Shown: in pieces, positions 1-15,000 of the stretch
How the letters are laid out: every line of letters starts with the position of its first letter
Position numbering within the stretch: the first letter of the stretch is position 1
Assembly: GCA_965178125.1 (NCBI GenBank)
Contig: OZ237735.1
Location: 1,054,001-1,118,000, forward strand
Length of the DNA: 64,000 nucleotides
Origin: Bilabrum cf. latius
Lineage: Eukaryota
Direction: 5' to 3'
Translations under genes and position numbers: made by a program
Notes under the pieces: generated by a model
Database searches by the model: none
Told to the model about the DNA's origin: nothing
The model's input: the letters and a program-made list of their open reading frames with translations, nothing else

Positions 1-3000
1 CGCACAGTCACCGTGCCCGTCACATCCACGTCGGACGTGCCAGAGCCCACAGTCACCGCGCCCGACGAGTCAAGCGACGAAGACCCAGACAGCACGCTCA
101 CGCCGCCAGATGCAGCCGACACCGCCGCGCCCGAGCCCACAGTCACCACGCCAGACACCGCGTTCGTCGATGCGCCCGACGCCACGCTCACCGCGCCCGA
201 TGACGCGGATGCCGCATCGCCAGACCGCACAGTCACCGCGCCCGTCACATCCTTGTCAGACACGCCCGACAGCACGCTCACGCCGCCAGATGCAGCCGAC
301 ACCGCCGCGCCCGAGCCCACAGTCACCACGCCAGACACCGCGTTCGTCGATGCGCCCGACGCCACGCTCACCGCGCCCGATGACGCAGATGCCGCATCGC
401 CAGACCGCACAGTCACCGCGCCCGTCACATCCACGTCGGACGTGCCAGAGCCCACAGTCACCGCGCCCGACGAGTCCAGCGACGAAGACCCAGACAGCAC
501 GCTCACGCCGCCAGATGCAGCCGACACCGCCGCGCCCGAGCCCACAGTCACCACGCCAGACACCGCGTTCGTCGATGCGCCCGACGCCACGCTCACCGCG
601 CCCGATGACGCGGATGCCGCATCGCCAGACCGCACAGTCACCGTGCCCGTCACATCCTTGTCAGACACGCCCGACAGCACGCTCACGCCGCCAGATGCAG
701 CCGACACCGCCGCGCCCGAGCCCACAGTCACCACGCCAGACACCGCGTTCGTCGATGCGCCCGACGCCACGCTCACCGCGCCCGATGACGCGGATGCCGC
801 ATCGCCAGACCGCACAGTCACCGTGCCCGTCACATCCTTGTCAGACACGCCCGACAGCACGCTCACGCCGCCAGATGCAGCCGACACCGCCGCGCCCGAG
901 CCCACAGTCACCACGCCAGACACCGCGTTCGTCGATGCGCCCGACGCCACGCTCACCGCGCCCGATGACGCAGATGCCGCATCGCCAGACCGCACAGTCA
1001 CCGCGCCCGTCACATCCTTGTCAGACACGCCCGACAGCACGCTCACGCCGCCAGATGCAGCCGACACCGCCGCGCCCGAGCCCACAGTCACCACGCCAGA
1101 CACCGCGTTCGTCGATGCGCCCGACGCCACGCTCACCGCGCCCGATGACGCCGATGCCGCATCGCCAGACCGCACAGTCACCGCGCCCGTCACATCCACG
1201 TCGGACGTGCCAGAGCCCACAGTCACCGCGCCCGACGAGTCAAGCGACGAAGACCCAGACAGCACGCTCACGCCGCCAGATGCAGCCGACACCGCCGCGC
1301 CCGAGCCCACAGTCACCACGCCAGACACCGCGTTCGTCGATGCGCCCGACGCCACGCTCACCGCGCCCGATGACGCGGATGCCGCATCGCCAGACCGCAC
1401 AGTCACCGCGCCCGTCACATCCTTGTCAGACACGCCCGACAGCACGCTCACGCCGCCAGATGCAGCCGACACCGCCGCGCCCGAGCCCACAGTCACCACG
1501 CCAGACACCGCGTTCGTCGATGCGCCCGACGCCACGCTCACCGCGCCCGATGACGCGGATGCCGCATCGCCAGACCGCACAGTCACCGCGCCCGTCACAT
1601 CCTTGTCAGACACGCCCGACAGCACGCTCACGCCGCCAGATGCAGCCGACACCGCCGCGCCCGATCCCACAGTCACCACGCCAGACACCGCGTTCGTCGA
1701 TGCGCCCGACGCCACGCTCACCGCGCCCGATGACGCGGATGCCGCATCGCCAGACCGCACAGTCACCGTGCCCGTCACATCCACGTCGGACGTGCCAGAG
1801 CCCACAGTCACCGCGCCCGACGAGTCAAGCGACGAAGACCCAGACAGCACGCTCACGCCGCCAGATGCAGCCGACACCGCCGCGCCCGAGCCCACAGTCA
1901 CCACGCCAGACACCGCGTTCGTCGATGCGCCCGACGCCACGCTCACCGCGCCCGATGACGCGGATGCCGCATCGCCAGACCGCACAGTCACCGTGCCCGT
2001 CACATCCTTGTCAGACACGCCCGACAGCACGCTCACGCCGCCAGATGCAGCCGACACCGCCGCGCCCGAGCCCACAGTCACCACGCCAGACACCGCGTTC
2101 GTCGATGCGCCCGACGCCACGCTCACCGCGCCCGATGACGCGGATGCCGCATCGCCAGACCGCACAGTCACCGCGCCCGTCACATCCACGTCGGACGTGC
2201 CAGAGCCCACAGTCACCGCGCCCGACGAGTCCAGCGACGAAGACCCAGACAGCACGCTCACGCCGCCAGATGCAGCCGACACCGCCGCGCCCGAGCCCAC
2301 AGTCACCACGCCAGACACCGCGTTCGTCGATGCGCCCGACGCCACGCTCACCGCGCCCGATGACGCAGATGCCGCATCGCCAGACCGCACAGTCACCGTG
2401 CCCGTCACATCCACGTCGGACGTGCCAGAGCCCACAGTCACCGCGCCCGACGAGTCAAGCGACGAAGACCCAGACAGCACGCTCACGCCGCCAGATGCAG
2501 CCGACACCGCCGCGCCCGAGCCCACAGTCACCACGCCAGACACCGCGTTCGTCGATGCGCCCGACGCCACGCTCACCGCGCCCGATGACGCGGATGCCGC
2601 ATCGCCAGACCGCACAGTCACCGCGCCCGTCACATCCTTGTCAGACACGCCCGACAGCACGCTCACGCCGCCAGATGCAGCCGACACCGCCGCGCCCGAG
2701 CCCACAGTCACCACGCCAGACACCGCGTTCGTCGATGCGCCCGACGCCACGCTCACCGCGCCCGATGACGCGGATGCCGCATCGCCAGACCGCACAGTCA
2801 CCGTGCCCGTCACATCCACGTCGGACGTGCCAGAGCCCACAGTCACCGCGCCCGACGAGTCAAGCGACGAAGACCCAGACAGCACGCTCACGCCGCCAGA
2901 TGCAGCCGACACCGCCGCGCCCGAGCCCACAGTCACCACGCCAGACACCGCGTTCGTCGATGCGCCCGACGCCACGCTCACCGCGCCCGATGACGCAGAT

Positions 3001-6000
3001 GCCGCATCGCCAGACCGCACAGTCACCGTGCCCGTCACATCCTTGTCAGACACGCCCGACAGCACGCTCACGCCGCCAGATGCAGCCGACACCGCCGCGC
3101 CCGAGCCCACAGTCACCACGCCAGACACCGCGTTCGTCGATGCGCCCGACGCCACGCTCACCGCGCCCGATGACGCGGATGCCGCATCGCCAGACCGCAC
3201 AGTCACCGCGCCCGTCACATCCACGTCGGACGTGCCAGAGCCCACAGTCACCGTGCCCGACGAGTCCAGCGACGAAGACCCAGACAGCACGCTCACGCCG
3301 CCAGATGCAGCCGACACCGCCGCGCCCGAGCCCACAGTCACCACGCCAGACACCGCGTTCGTCGATGCGCCCGACGCCACGCTCACCGCGCCCGATGACG
3401 CGGATGCCGCATCGCCAGACCGCACAGTCACCGTGCCCGTCACATCCTTGTCAGACACGCCCGACAGCACGCTCACGCCGCCAGATGCAGCCGACACCGC
3501 CGCGCCCGAGCCCACAGTCACCACGCCAGACACCGCGTTCGTCGATGCGCCCGACGCCACGCTCACCGCGCCCGATGACGCGGATGCCGCATCGCCAGAC
3601 CGCACAGTCACCGCGCCCGTCACATCCACGTCGGACGTGCCAGAGCCCACAGTCACCGCGCCCGACGAGTCCAGCGACGAAGACCCAGACAGCACGCTCA
3701 CGCCGCCAGATGCAGCCGACACCGCCGCGCCCGAGCCCACAGTCACCACGCCAGACACCGCGTTCGTCGATGCGCCCGACGCCACGCTCACCGCGCCCGA
3801 TGACGCGGATGCCGCATCGCCAGACCGCACAGTCACCGTGCCCGTCACATCCTTGTCAGACACGCCCGACAGCACGCTCACGCCGCCAGATGCAGCCGAC
3901 ACCGCCGCGCCCGAGCCCACAGTCACCACGCCAGACACCGCGTTCGTCGATGCGCCCGACGCCACGCTCACCGCGCCCGATGACGCAGATGCCGCATCGC
4001 CAGACCGCACAGTCACCGTGCCCGTCACATCCTTGTCAGACACGCCCGACAGCACGCTCACGCCGCCAGATGCAGCCGACACCGCCGCGCCCGAGCCCAC
4101 AGTCACCACGCCAGACACCGCGTTCGTCGATGCGCCCGACGCCACGCTCACCGCGCCCGATGACGCGGATGCCGCATCGCCAGACCGCACAGTCACCGTG
4201 CCCGTCACATCCTTGTCAGACACGCCCGACAGCACGCTCACGCCGCCAGATGCAGCCGACACCGCCGCGCCCGATCCCACAGTCACCACGCCAGACACCG
4301 CGTTCGTCGATGCGCCCGACGCCACGCTCACCGCGCCCGATGACGCGGATGCCGCATCGCCAGACCGCACAGTCACCGTGCCCGTCACATCCACGTCGGA
4401 CGTGCCAGAGCCCACAGTCACCGCGCCCGACGAGTCAAGCGACGAAGACCCAGACAGCACGCTCACGCCGCCAGATGCAGCCGACACCGCCGCGCCCGAG
4501 CCCACAGTCACCACGCCAGACACCGCGTTCGTCGATGCGCCCGACGCCACGCTCACCGCGCCCGATGACGCAGATGCCGCATCGCCAGACCGCACAGTCA
4601 CCGTGCCCGTCACATCCTTGTCAGACACGCCCGACAGCACGCTCACGCCGCCAGATGCAGCCGACACCGCCGCGCCCGAGCCCACAGTCACCACGCCAGA
4701 CACCGCGTTCGTCGATGCGCCCGACGCCACGCTCACCGCGCCCGATGACGCAGATGCCGCATCGCCAGACCGCACAGTCACCGTGCCCGTCACATCCACG
4801 TCGGACGTGCCAGAGCCCACAGTCACCGCGCCCGACGAGTCAAGCGACGAAGACCCAGACAGCACGCTCACGCCGCCAGATGCAGCCGACACCGCCGCGC
4901 CCGAGCCCACAGTCACCACGCCAGACACCGCGTTCGTCGATGCGCCCGACGCCACGCTCACCGCGCCCGATGACGCAGATGCCGCATCGCCAGACCGCAC
5001 AGTCACCGTGCCCGTCACAGCCTTGTCAGACACGCCCGACAGCACGCTCACGCCGCCAGATGCAGCCGACACCGCCGCGCCCGACCCCACAGTCACCACG
5101 CCAGACACCGCGTTCGTCGATGCGCCCGACGCCACGCTCACCGCGCCCGATGACGCGGATGCCGCATCGCCAGACCGCACAGTCACCGTGCCCGTCACAT
5201 CCACGTCGGACGTGCCAGAGCCCACAGTCACCGCGCCCGACGAGTCAAGCGACGAAGACCCAGACAGCACGCTCACGCCGCCAGATGCAGCCGACACCGC
5301 CGCGCCCGATCCCACAGTCACCACGCCAGACACCGCGTTCGTCGATGCGCCCGACGCCACGCTCACCGCGCCCGATGACGCAGATGCCGCATCGCCAGAC
5401 CGCACAGTCACCGTGCCCGTCACAGCCTTGTCAGACACGCCCGACAGCACGCTCACGCCGCCAGATGCAGCCGACACCGCCGCGCCCGAGCCCACAGTCA
5501 CCACGCCAGACACCGCGTTCGTCGATGCGCCCGACGCCACGCTCACCGCGCCCGATGACGCGGATGCCGCATCGCCAGACCGCACAGTCACCGTGCCCGT
5601 CACATCCACGTCGGACGTGCCAGAGCCCACAGTCACCGCGCCCGACGAGTCAAGCGACGAAGACCCAGACAGCACGCTCACGCCGCCAGATGCAGCCGAC
5701 ACCGCCGCGCCCGAGCCCACAGTCACCACGCCAGACACCGCGTTCGTTGATGCGCCCGACGCCACGCTCACCGCGCCCGATGACGCTGATGCCGCATCGC
5801 CAGACCGCACAGTCACCGCGCCCGTCACATCCTTGTCAGACACGCCCGACAGCACGCTCACGCCGCCAGATGCAGCCGACACCGCCGCGCCCGATCCCAC
5901 AGTCACCACGCCAGACACCGCGTTCGTCGATGCGCCCGACGCCACGCTCACCGCGCCCGATGACGCAGATGCCGCATCGCCAGACCGCACAGTCACCGCG

Positions 6001-9000
6001 CCCGTCACATCCTTGTCAGACACGCCCGACAGCACGCTCACGCCGCCAGATGCAGCCGACACCGCCGCGCCCGATCCCACAGTCACCACGCCAGACACCG
6101 CGTTCGTCGATGCGCCCGACGCCACGCTCACCGCGCCCGATGACGCAGATGCCGCATCGCCAGACCGCACAGTCACCGCGCCCGTCACATCCTTGTCAGA
6201 CACGCCCGACAGCACGCTCACGCCGCCAGATGCAGCCGACACCGCCGCGCCCGATCCCACAGTCACCACGCCAGACACCGCGTTCGTCGATGCGCCCGAC
6301 GCCACGCTCACCGCGCCCGATGACGCGGATGCCGCATCGCCAGACCGCACAGTCACCGTGCCCGTCACATCCACGTCGGACGTGCCAGAGCCCACAGTCA
6401 CCGCGCCCGACGAGTCAAGCGACGAAGACCCAGACAGCACGCTCACGCCGCCAGATGCAGCCGACACCGCCGCGCCCGAGCCCACAGTCACCACGCCAGA
6501 CACCGCGTTCGTCGATGCGCCCGACGCCACGCTCACCGCGCCCGATGACGCAGATGCCGCATCGCCAGACCGCACAGTCACCGTGCCCGTCACAGCCTTG
6601 TCAGACACGCCCGACAGCACGCTCACGCCGCCAGATGCAGCCGACACCGCCGCGCCCGAGCCCACAGTCACCACGCCAGACACCGCGTTCGTCGATGCGC
6701 CCGACGCCACGCTCACCGCGCCCGATGACGCAGATGCCGCATCGCCAGACCGCACAGTCACCGTGCCCGTCACATCCTTGTCAGACACGCCCGACAGCAC
6801 GCTCACGCCGCCAGATGCAGCCGACACCGCCGCGCCCGAGCCCACAGTCACCACGCCAGACACCGCGTTCGTCGATGCGCCCGACGCCACGCTCACCGCG
6901 CCTGATGACGCGGATGCCGCATCGCCAGACCGCACAGTCACCGTGCCCGTCACATCCACGTCGGACGTGCCAGAGCCCACAGTCACCGCGCCCGACGAGT
7001 CAAGCGACGAAGACCCAGACAGCACGCTCACGCCGCCAGATGCAGCCGACACCGCCGCGCCCGAGCCCACAGTCACCACGCCAGACACCGCGTTCGTCGA
7101 TGCGCCCGACGCCACGCTCACCGCGCCCGATGACGCAGATGCCGCATCGCCAGACCGCACAGTCACCGCGCCCGTCACATCCTTGTCAGACACGCCCGAC
7201 AGCACGCTCACGCCGCCAGATGCAGCCGACACCGCCGCGCCCGAGCCCACAGTCACCACGCCAGACACCGCGTTCGTCGATGCGCCCGACGCCACGCTCA
7301 CCGCGCCCGATGACGCGGATGCCGCATCGCCAGACCGCACAGTCACCGCGCCCGTCACATCCACATCGGACGTGCCAGAGCCCACAGTCACCGCGCCCGA
7401 CGAGTCAAGCGACGAAGACCCAGACAGCACGCTCACGCCGCCAGATGCAGCCGACACCGCCGCGCCCGATCCCACAGTCACCACGCCAGACACCGCGTTC
7501 GTCGATGCGCCCGACGCCACGCTCACCGCGCCCGATGACGCGGATGCCGCATCGCCAGACCGCACAGTCACCGTGCCCGTCACAGCCTTGTCAGACACGC
7601 CCGACAGCACGCTCACGCCGCCAGATGCAGCCGACACCGCCGCGCCCGAGCCCACAGTCACCACGCCAGACACCGCGTTCGTCGATGCGCCCGACGCCAC
7701 GCTCACCGCGCCCGATGACGCTGATGCCGCATCGCCAGACCGCACAGTCACCGCGCCCGTCACATCCACGTCGGACGTGCCAGAGCCCACAGTCACCGTG
7801 CCCGACGAGTCAAGCGACGAAGACCCAGACAGCACGCTCACGCCGCCAGATGCAGCCGACACCGCCGCGCCCGATCCCACAGTCACCACGCCAGACACCG
7901 CGTTCGTCGATGCGCCCGACGCCACGCTCACCGCGCCCGATGACGCGGATGCCGCATCGCCAGACCGCACAGTCACCGTGCCCGTCACATCCTTGTCAGA
8001 CACGCCCGACAGCACGCTCACGCCGCCAGATGCAGCCGACACCGCCGCGCCCGAGCCCACAGTCACCACGCCAGACACCGCGTTCGTCGATGCGCCCGAC
8101 GCCACGCTCACCGCGCCCGATGACGCGGATGCCGCATCGCCAGACCGCACAGTCACCGTGCCCGTCACATCCTTGTCAGACACGCCCGACAGCACGCTCA
8201 CGCCGCCAGATGCAGCCGACACCGCCGCGCCCGAGCCCACAGTCACCACGCCAGACACCGCGTTCGTCGATGCGCCCGACGCCACGCTCACCGCGCCCGA
8301 TGACGCGGATGCCGCATCGCCAGACCGCACAGTCACCGTGCCCGTCACATCCACGTCGGACGTGCCAGAGCCCACAGTCACCGCGCCCGACGAGTCCAGC
8401 GACGAAGACCCAGACAGCACGCTCACGCCGCCAGATGCAGCCGACACCGCCGCGCCCGAGCCCACAGTCACCACGCCAGACACCGCGTTCGTCGATGCGC
8501 CCGACGCCACGCTCACCGCGCCCGATGACGCAGATGCCGCATCGCCAGACCGCACAGTCACCGTGCCCGTCACATCCTTGTCAGACACGCCCGACAGCAC
8601 GCTCACGCCGCCAGATGCAGCCGACACCGCCGCGCCCGAGCCCACAGTCACCACGCCAGACACCGCGTTCGTCGATGCGCCCGACGCCACGCTCACCGCG
8701 CCCGATGACGCGGATGCCGCATCGCCAGACCGCACAGTCACCGTGCCCGTCACATCCTTGTCAGACACGCCCGACAGCACGCTCACGCCGCCAGATGCAG
8801 CCGACACCGCCGCGCCCGAGCCCACAGTCACCACGCCAGACACCGCGTTCGTCGATGCGCCCGACGCCACGCTCACCGCGCCCGATGACGCGGATGCCGC
8901 ATCGCCAGACCGCACAGTCACCGTGCCCGTCACATCCTTGTCAGACACGCCCGACAGCACGCTCACGCCGCCAGATGCAGCCGACACCGCCGCGCCCGAG

Positions 9001-12000
9001 CCCACAGTCACCACGCCAGACACCGCGTTCGTCGATGCGCCCGACGCCACGCTCACCGCGCCCGATGACGCAGATGCCGCATCGCCAGACCGCACAGTCA
9101 CCGTGCCCGTCACATCCACGTCGGACGTGCCAGAGCCCACAGTCACCGCGCCCGACGAGTCAAGCGACGAAGACCCAGACAGCACGCTCACGCCGCCAGA
9201 TGCAGCCGACACCGCCGCGCCCGAGCCCACAGTCACCACGCCAGACACCGCGTTCGTCGATGCGCCCGACGCCACGCTCACGCCGCCAGATGACGCGGAT
9301 GCCGCATCGCCAGACCGCACAGTCACCGCGCCCGTCACATCCACGTCGGACGTGCCAGAGCCCACAGTCACCGCGCCCGACGAGTCCAGCGACGAAGACC
9401 CAGACAGCACGCTCACGCCGCCAGATGCAGCCGACACCGCCGCGCCCGAGCCCACAGTCACCACGCCAGACACCGCGTTCGTCGATGCGCCCGACGCCAC
9501 GCTCACCGCGCCCGATGACGCGGATGCCGCATCGCCAGACCGCACAGTCACCGCGCCCGTCACATCCACGTCGGACGTGCCAGAGCCCACAGTCACCGCG
9601 CCCGACGAGTCCAGCGACGAAGACCCAGACAGCACGCTCACGCCGCCAGATGCAGCCGACACCGCCGCGCCCGAGCCCACAGTCACCACGCCAGACACCG
9701 CGTTCGTCGATGCGCCCGACGCCACGCTCACCGCGCCCGATGACGCAGATGCCGCATCGCCAGACCGCACAGTCACCGTGCCCGTCACATCCTTGTCAGA
9801 CACGCCCGACAGCACGCTCACGCCGCCAGATGCAGCCGACACCGCCGCGCCCGAGCCCACAGTCACCACGCCAGACACCGCGTTCGTCGATGCGCCCGAC
9901 GCCACGCTCACCGCGCCCGATGACGCGGATGCCGCATCGCCAGACCGCACAGTCACCGCGCCCGTCACATCCACGTCGGACGTGCCAGAGCCCACAGTCA
10001 CCGCGCCCGACGAGTCCAGCGACGAAGACCCAGACAGCACGCTCACGCCGCCAGATGCAGCCGACACCGCCGCGCCCGAGCCCACAGTCACCACGCCAGA
10101 CACCGCGTTCGTCGATGCGCCCGACGCCACGCTCACCGCGCCCGATGACGCAGATGCCGCATCGCCAGACCGCACAGTCACCGTGCCCGTCACATCCTTG
10201 TCAGACACGCCCGACAGCACGCTCACGCCGCCAGATGCAGCCGACACCGCCGCGCCCGAGCCCACAGTCACCACGCCAGACACCGCGTTCGTCGATGCGC
10301 CCGACGCCACGCTCACCGCGCCCGATGACGCGGATGCCGCATCGCCAGACCGCACAGTCACCGTGCCCGTCACATCCTTGTCAGACACGCCCGACAGCAC
10401 GCTCACGCCGCCAGATGCAGCCGACACCGCCGCGCCCGAGCCCACAGTCACCACGCCAGACACCGCGTTCGTCGATGCGCCCGACGCCACGCTCACCGCG
10501 CCCGATGACGCAGATGCCGCATCGCCAGACCGCACAGCCACCGCGCCCGTCACATCCACGTCGGACGTGCCAGAGCCCACAGTCACCGCGCCCGACGAGT
10601 CAAGCGACGAAGACCCAGACAGCACGCTCACGCCGCCAGATGCAGCCGACACCGCCGCGCCCGAGCCCACAGTCACCACGCCAGACACCGCGTTCGTCGA
10701 CGCGCCCGACGCCACGCTCACCGCGCCCGATGACGCGGATGCCGCATCGCCAGACCGCACAGTCACCGTGCCCGTCACAGCCTTGTCAGACACGCCCGAC
10801 AGCACGCTCACGCCGCCAGATGCAGCCGACACCGCCGCGCCCGATCCCACAGTCACCACGCCAGACACCGCGTTCGTCGATGCGCCCGACGCCACGCTCA
10901 CCGCGCCCGATGACGCGGATGCCGCATCGCCAGACCGCACAGTCACCGTGCCCGTCACATCCACGTCGGACGTGCCAGAGCCCACAGTCACCGCGCCCGA
11001 CGAGTCAAGCGACGAAGACCCAGACAGCACGCTCACGCCGCCAGATGCAGCCGACACCGCCGCGCCCGAGCCCACAGTCACCACGCCAGACACCGCGTTC
11101 GTCGATGCGCCCGACGCCACGCTCACCGCGCCCGATGACGCCGATGCCGCATCGCCGGACCGCACAGTCACCGTGCCCGTCACATCCTTGTCAGACACGC
11201 CCGACAGCACGCTCACGCCGCCAGATGCAGCCGACACCGCCGCGCCCGAGCCCACAGTCACCACGCCAGACACCGCGTTCGTCGATGCGCCCGACGCCAC
11301 GCTCACCGCGCCCGATGACGCAGATGCCGCATCGCCAGACCGCACAGTCACCGTGCCCGTCACATCCTTGTCAGACACGCCCGACAGCACGCTCACGCCG
11401 CCAGATGCAGCCGACACCGCCGCGCCCGATCCCACAGTCACCACGCCAGACACCGCGTTCGTCGATGCGCCCGACGCCACGCTCACCGCGCCCGATGACG
11501 CGGATGCCGCATCGCCAGACCGCACAGTCACCGTGCCCGTCACATCCACGTCGGACGTGCCAGAGCCCACAGTCACCGCGCCCGACGAGTCAAGCGACGA
11601 AGACCCAGACAGCACGCTCACGCCGCCAGATGCAGCCGACACCGCCGCGCCCGAGCCCACAGTCACCACGCCAGACACCGCGTTCGTCGATGCGCCCGAC
11701 GCCACGCTCACCGCGCCCGATGACGCGGATGCCGCATCGCCAGACCGCACAGTCACCGTGCCCGTCACATCCTTGTCAGACACGCCCGACAGCACGCTCA
11801 CGCCGCCAGATGCAGCCGACACCGCCGCGCCCGATCCCACAGTCACCACGCCAGACACCGCGTTCGTCGATGCGCCCGACGCCACGCTCACCGCGCCCGA
11901 TGACGCGGATGCCGCATCGCCAGACCGCACAGTCACCGTGCCCGTCACATCCTTGTCAGACACGCCCGACAGCACGCTCACGCCGCCAGATGCAGCCGAC

Positions 12001-15000
12001 ACCGCCGCGCCCGAGCCCACAGTCACCACGCCAGACACCGCGTTCGTCGATGCGCCCGACGCCACGCTCACCGCGCCCGATGACGCGGATGCCGCATCGC
12101 CAGACCGCACAGTCACCGTGCCCGTCACATCCACGTCGGACGTGCCAGAGCCCACAGTCACCGCGCCCGACGAGTCAAGCGACGAAGACCCAGACAGCAC
12201 GCTCACGCCGCCAGATGCAGCCGACACCGCCGCGCCCGAGCCCACAGTCACCACGCCAGACACCGCGTTCGTCGATGCGCCCGACGCCACGCTCACCGCG
12301 CCCGATGACGCGGATGCCGCATCGCCAGACCGCACAGTCACCGTGCCCGTCACATCCTTGTCAGACACGCCCGACAGCACGCTCACGCCGCCAGATGCAG
12401 CCGACACCGCCGCGCCCGAGCCCACAGTCACCACGCCAGACACCGCGTTCGTCGATGCGCCCGACGCCACGCTCACCGCGCCCGATGACGCGGATGCCGC
12501 ATCGCCAGACCGCACAGTCACCGTGCCCGTCACATCCACGTCGGACGTGCCAGAGCCCACAGTCACCGCGCCCGACGAGTCAAGCGACGAAGACCCAGAC
12601 AGCACGCTCACGCCGCCAGATGCAGCCGACACCGCCGCGCCCGAGCCCACAGTCACCACGCCAGACACCGCGTTCGTCGATGCGCCCGACGCCACGCTCA
12701 CCGCGCCCGATGACGCAGATGCCGCATCGCCAGACCGCACAGACACCGTGCCCGTCACAGCCTTGTCAGACACGCCCGACAGCACGCTCACGCCGCCAGA
12801 TGCAGCCGACACCGCCGCGCCCGACCCCACAGTCACCACGCCAGACACCGCGTTCGTCGATGCGCCCGACGCCACGCTCACCGCGCCCGATGACGCGGAT
12901 GCCGCATCGCCGGACCGCACAGTCACCGCGCCCGTCACATCCACGTCGGACGTGCCAGAGCCCACAGTCACCGCGCCCGACGAGTCAAGCGACGAAGACC
13001 CAGACAGCACGCTCACGCCGCCAGATGCAGCCGACACCGCCGCGCCCGAGCCCACAGTCACCACGCCAGACACCGCGTTCGTCGATGCGCCCGACGCCAC
13101 GCTCACCGCGCCCGATGACGCGGATGCCGCATCGCCAGACCGCACAGTCACCGCGCCCGTCACATCCTTGTCAGACACGCCCGACAGCACGCTCACGCCG
13201 CCAGATGCAGCCGACACCGCCGCGCCCGAGCCCACAGTCACCACGCCAGACACCGCGTTCGTCGATGCGCCCGACGCCACGCTCACCGCGCCCGATGACG
13301 CGGATGCCGCATCGCCAGACCGCACAGTCACCGTGCCCGTCACATCCACGTCGGACGTGCCAGAGCCCACAGTCACCGCGCCCGACGAGTCCAGCGACGA
13401 AGACCCAGACAGCACGCTCACGCCGCCAGATGCAGCCGACACCGCCGCGCCCGATCCCACAGTCACCACGCCAGACACCGCGTTCGTCGATGCGCCCGAC
13501 GCCACGCTCACCGCGCCCGATGACGCGGATGCCGCATCGCCAGACCGCACAGTCACCGCGCCCGTCACATCCACGTCGGACGTGCCAGAGCCCACAGTCA
13601 CCGCGCCCGACGAGTCAAGCGACGAAGACCCAGACAGCACGCTCACGCCGCCAGATGCAGCCGACACCGCCGCGCCCGAGCCCACAGTCACCACGCCAGA
13701 CACCGCGTTCGTCGATGCACCCGACGCCACGCTCACCGCGCCCGATGACGCGGATGCCGCATCGCCAGACCGCACAGTCACCGCGCCCGTCACATCCACG
13801 TCGGACGTGCCAGAGCCCACAGTCACCGCGCCCGACGAGTCAAGCGACGAAGACCCAGACAGCACGCTCACGCCGCCAGATGCAGCCGACACCGCCGCGC
13901 CCGAGCCCACAGTCACCACGCCAGACACCGCGTTCGTCGATGCGCCCGACGCCACGCTCACCGCGCCCGATGACGCGGATGCCGCATCGCCAGACCGCAC
14001 AGTCACCGTGCCCGTCACATCCACGTCGGACGTGCCAGAGCCCACAGTCACCGCGCCCGACGAGTCAAGCGACGAAGACCCAGACAGCACGCTCACGCCG
14101 CCAGATGCAGCCGACACCGCCGCGCCCGAGCCCACAGTCACCACGCCAGACACCGCGTTCGTCGATGCGCCCGACGCCACGCTCACCGCGCCCGATGACG
14201 CAGATGCCGCATCGCCAGACCGCACAGTCACCGTGCCCGTCACATCCTTGTCAGACACGCCCGACAGCACGCTCACGCCGCCAGATGCAGCCGACACCGC
14301 CGCGCCCGAGCCCACAGTCACCACGCCAGACACCGCGTTCGTCGATGCGCCCGACAGCACGCTCACGCCGCCCGATGACGCAGATGCCGCATCGCCAGAC
14401 CGCACAGTCACCGTGCCCGTCACATCCTTGTCAGACACGCCCGACAGCACGCTCACGCCGCCAGATGCAGCCGACACCGCCGCGCCCGAGCCCACAGTCA
14501 CCACGCCAGACACCGCGTTCGTCGATGCGCCCGACGCCACGCTCACCGCGCCCGATGACGCAGATGCCGCATCGCCAGACCGCACAGTCACCGTGCCCGT
14601 CACATCCACGTCGGACGTGCCAGAGCCCACAGTCACCGCGCCCGACGAGTCAAGCGACGAAGACCCAGACAGCACGCTCACGCCGCCAGATGCAGCCGAC
14701 ACCGCCGCGCCCGAGCCCACAGTCACCACGCCAGACACCGCGTTCGTCGATGCGCCCGACGCCACGCTCACCGCGCCCGATGACGCAGATGCCGCATCGC
14801 CAGACCGCACAGTCACCGCGCCCGTCACATCCTTGTCAGACACGCCCGACAGCACGCTCACGCCGCCAGATGCAGCCGACACCGCCGCGCCCGATCCCAC
14901 AGTTACCACGCCAGACACCGCGTTCGTCGATGCACCCGACGCCACGCTCACCGCGCCCGATGACGCGGATGCCGCATCGCCGGACCGCACAGTCACCGCG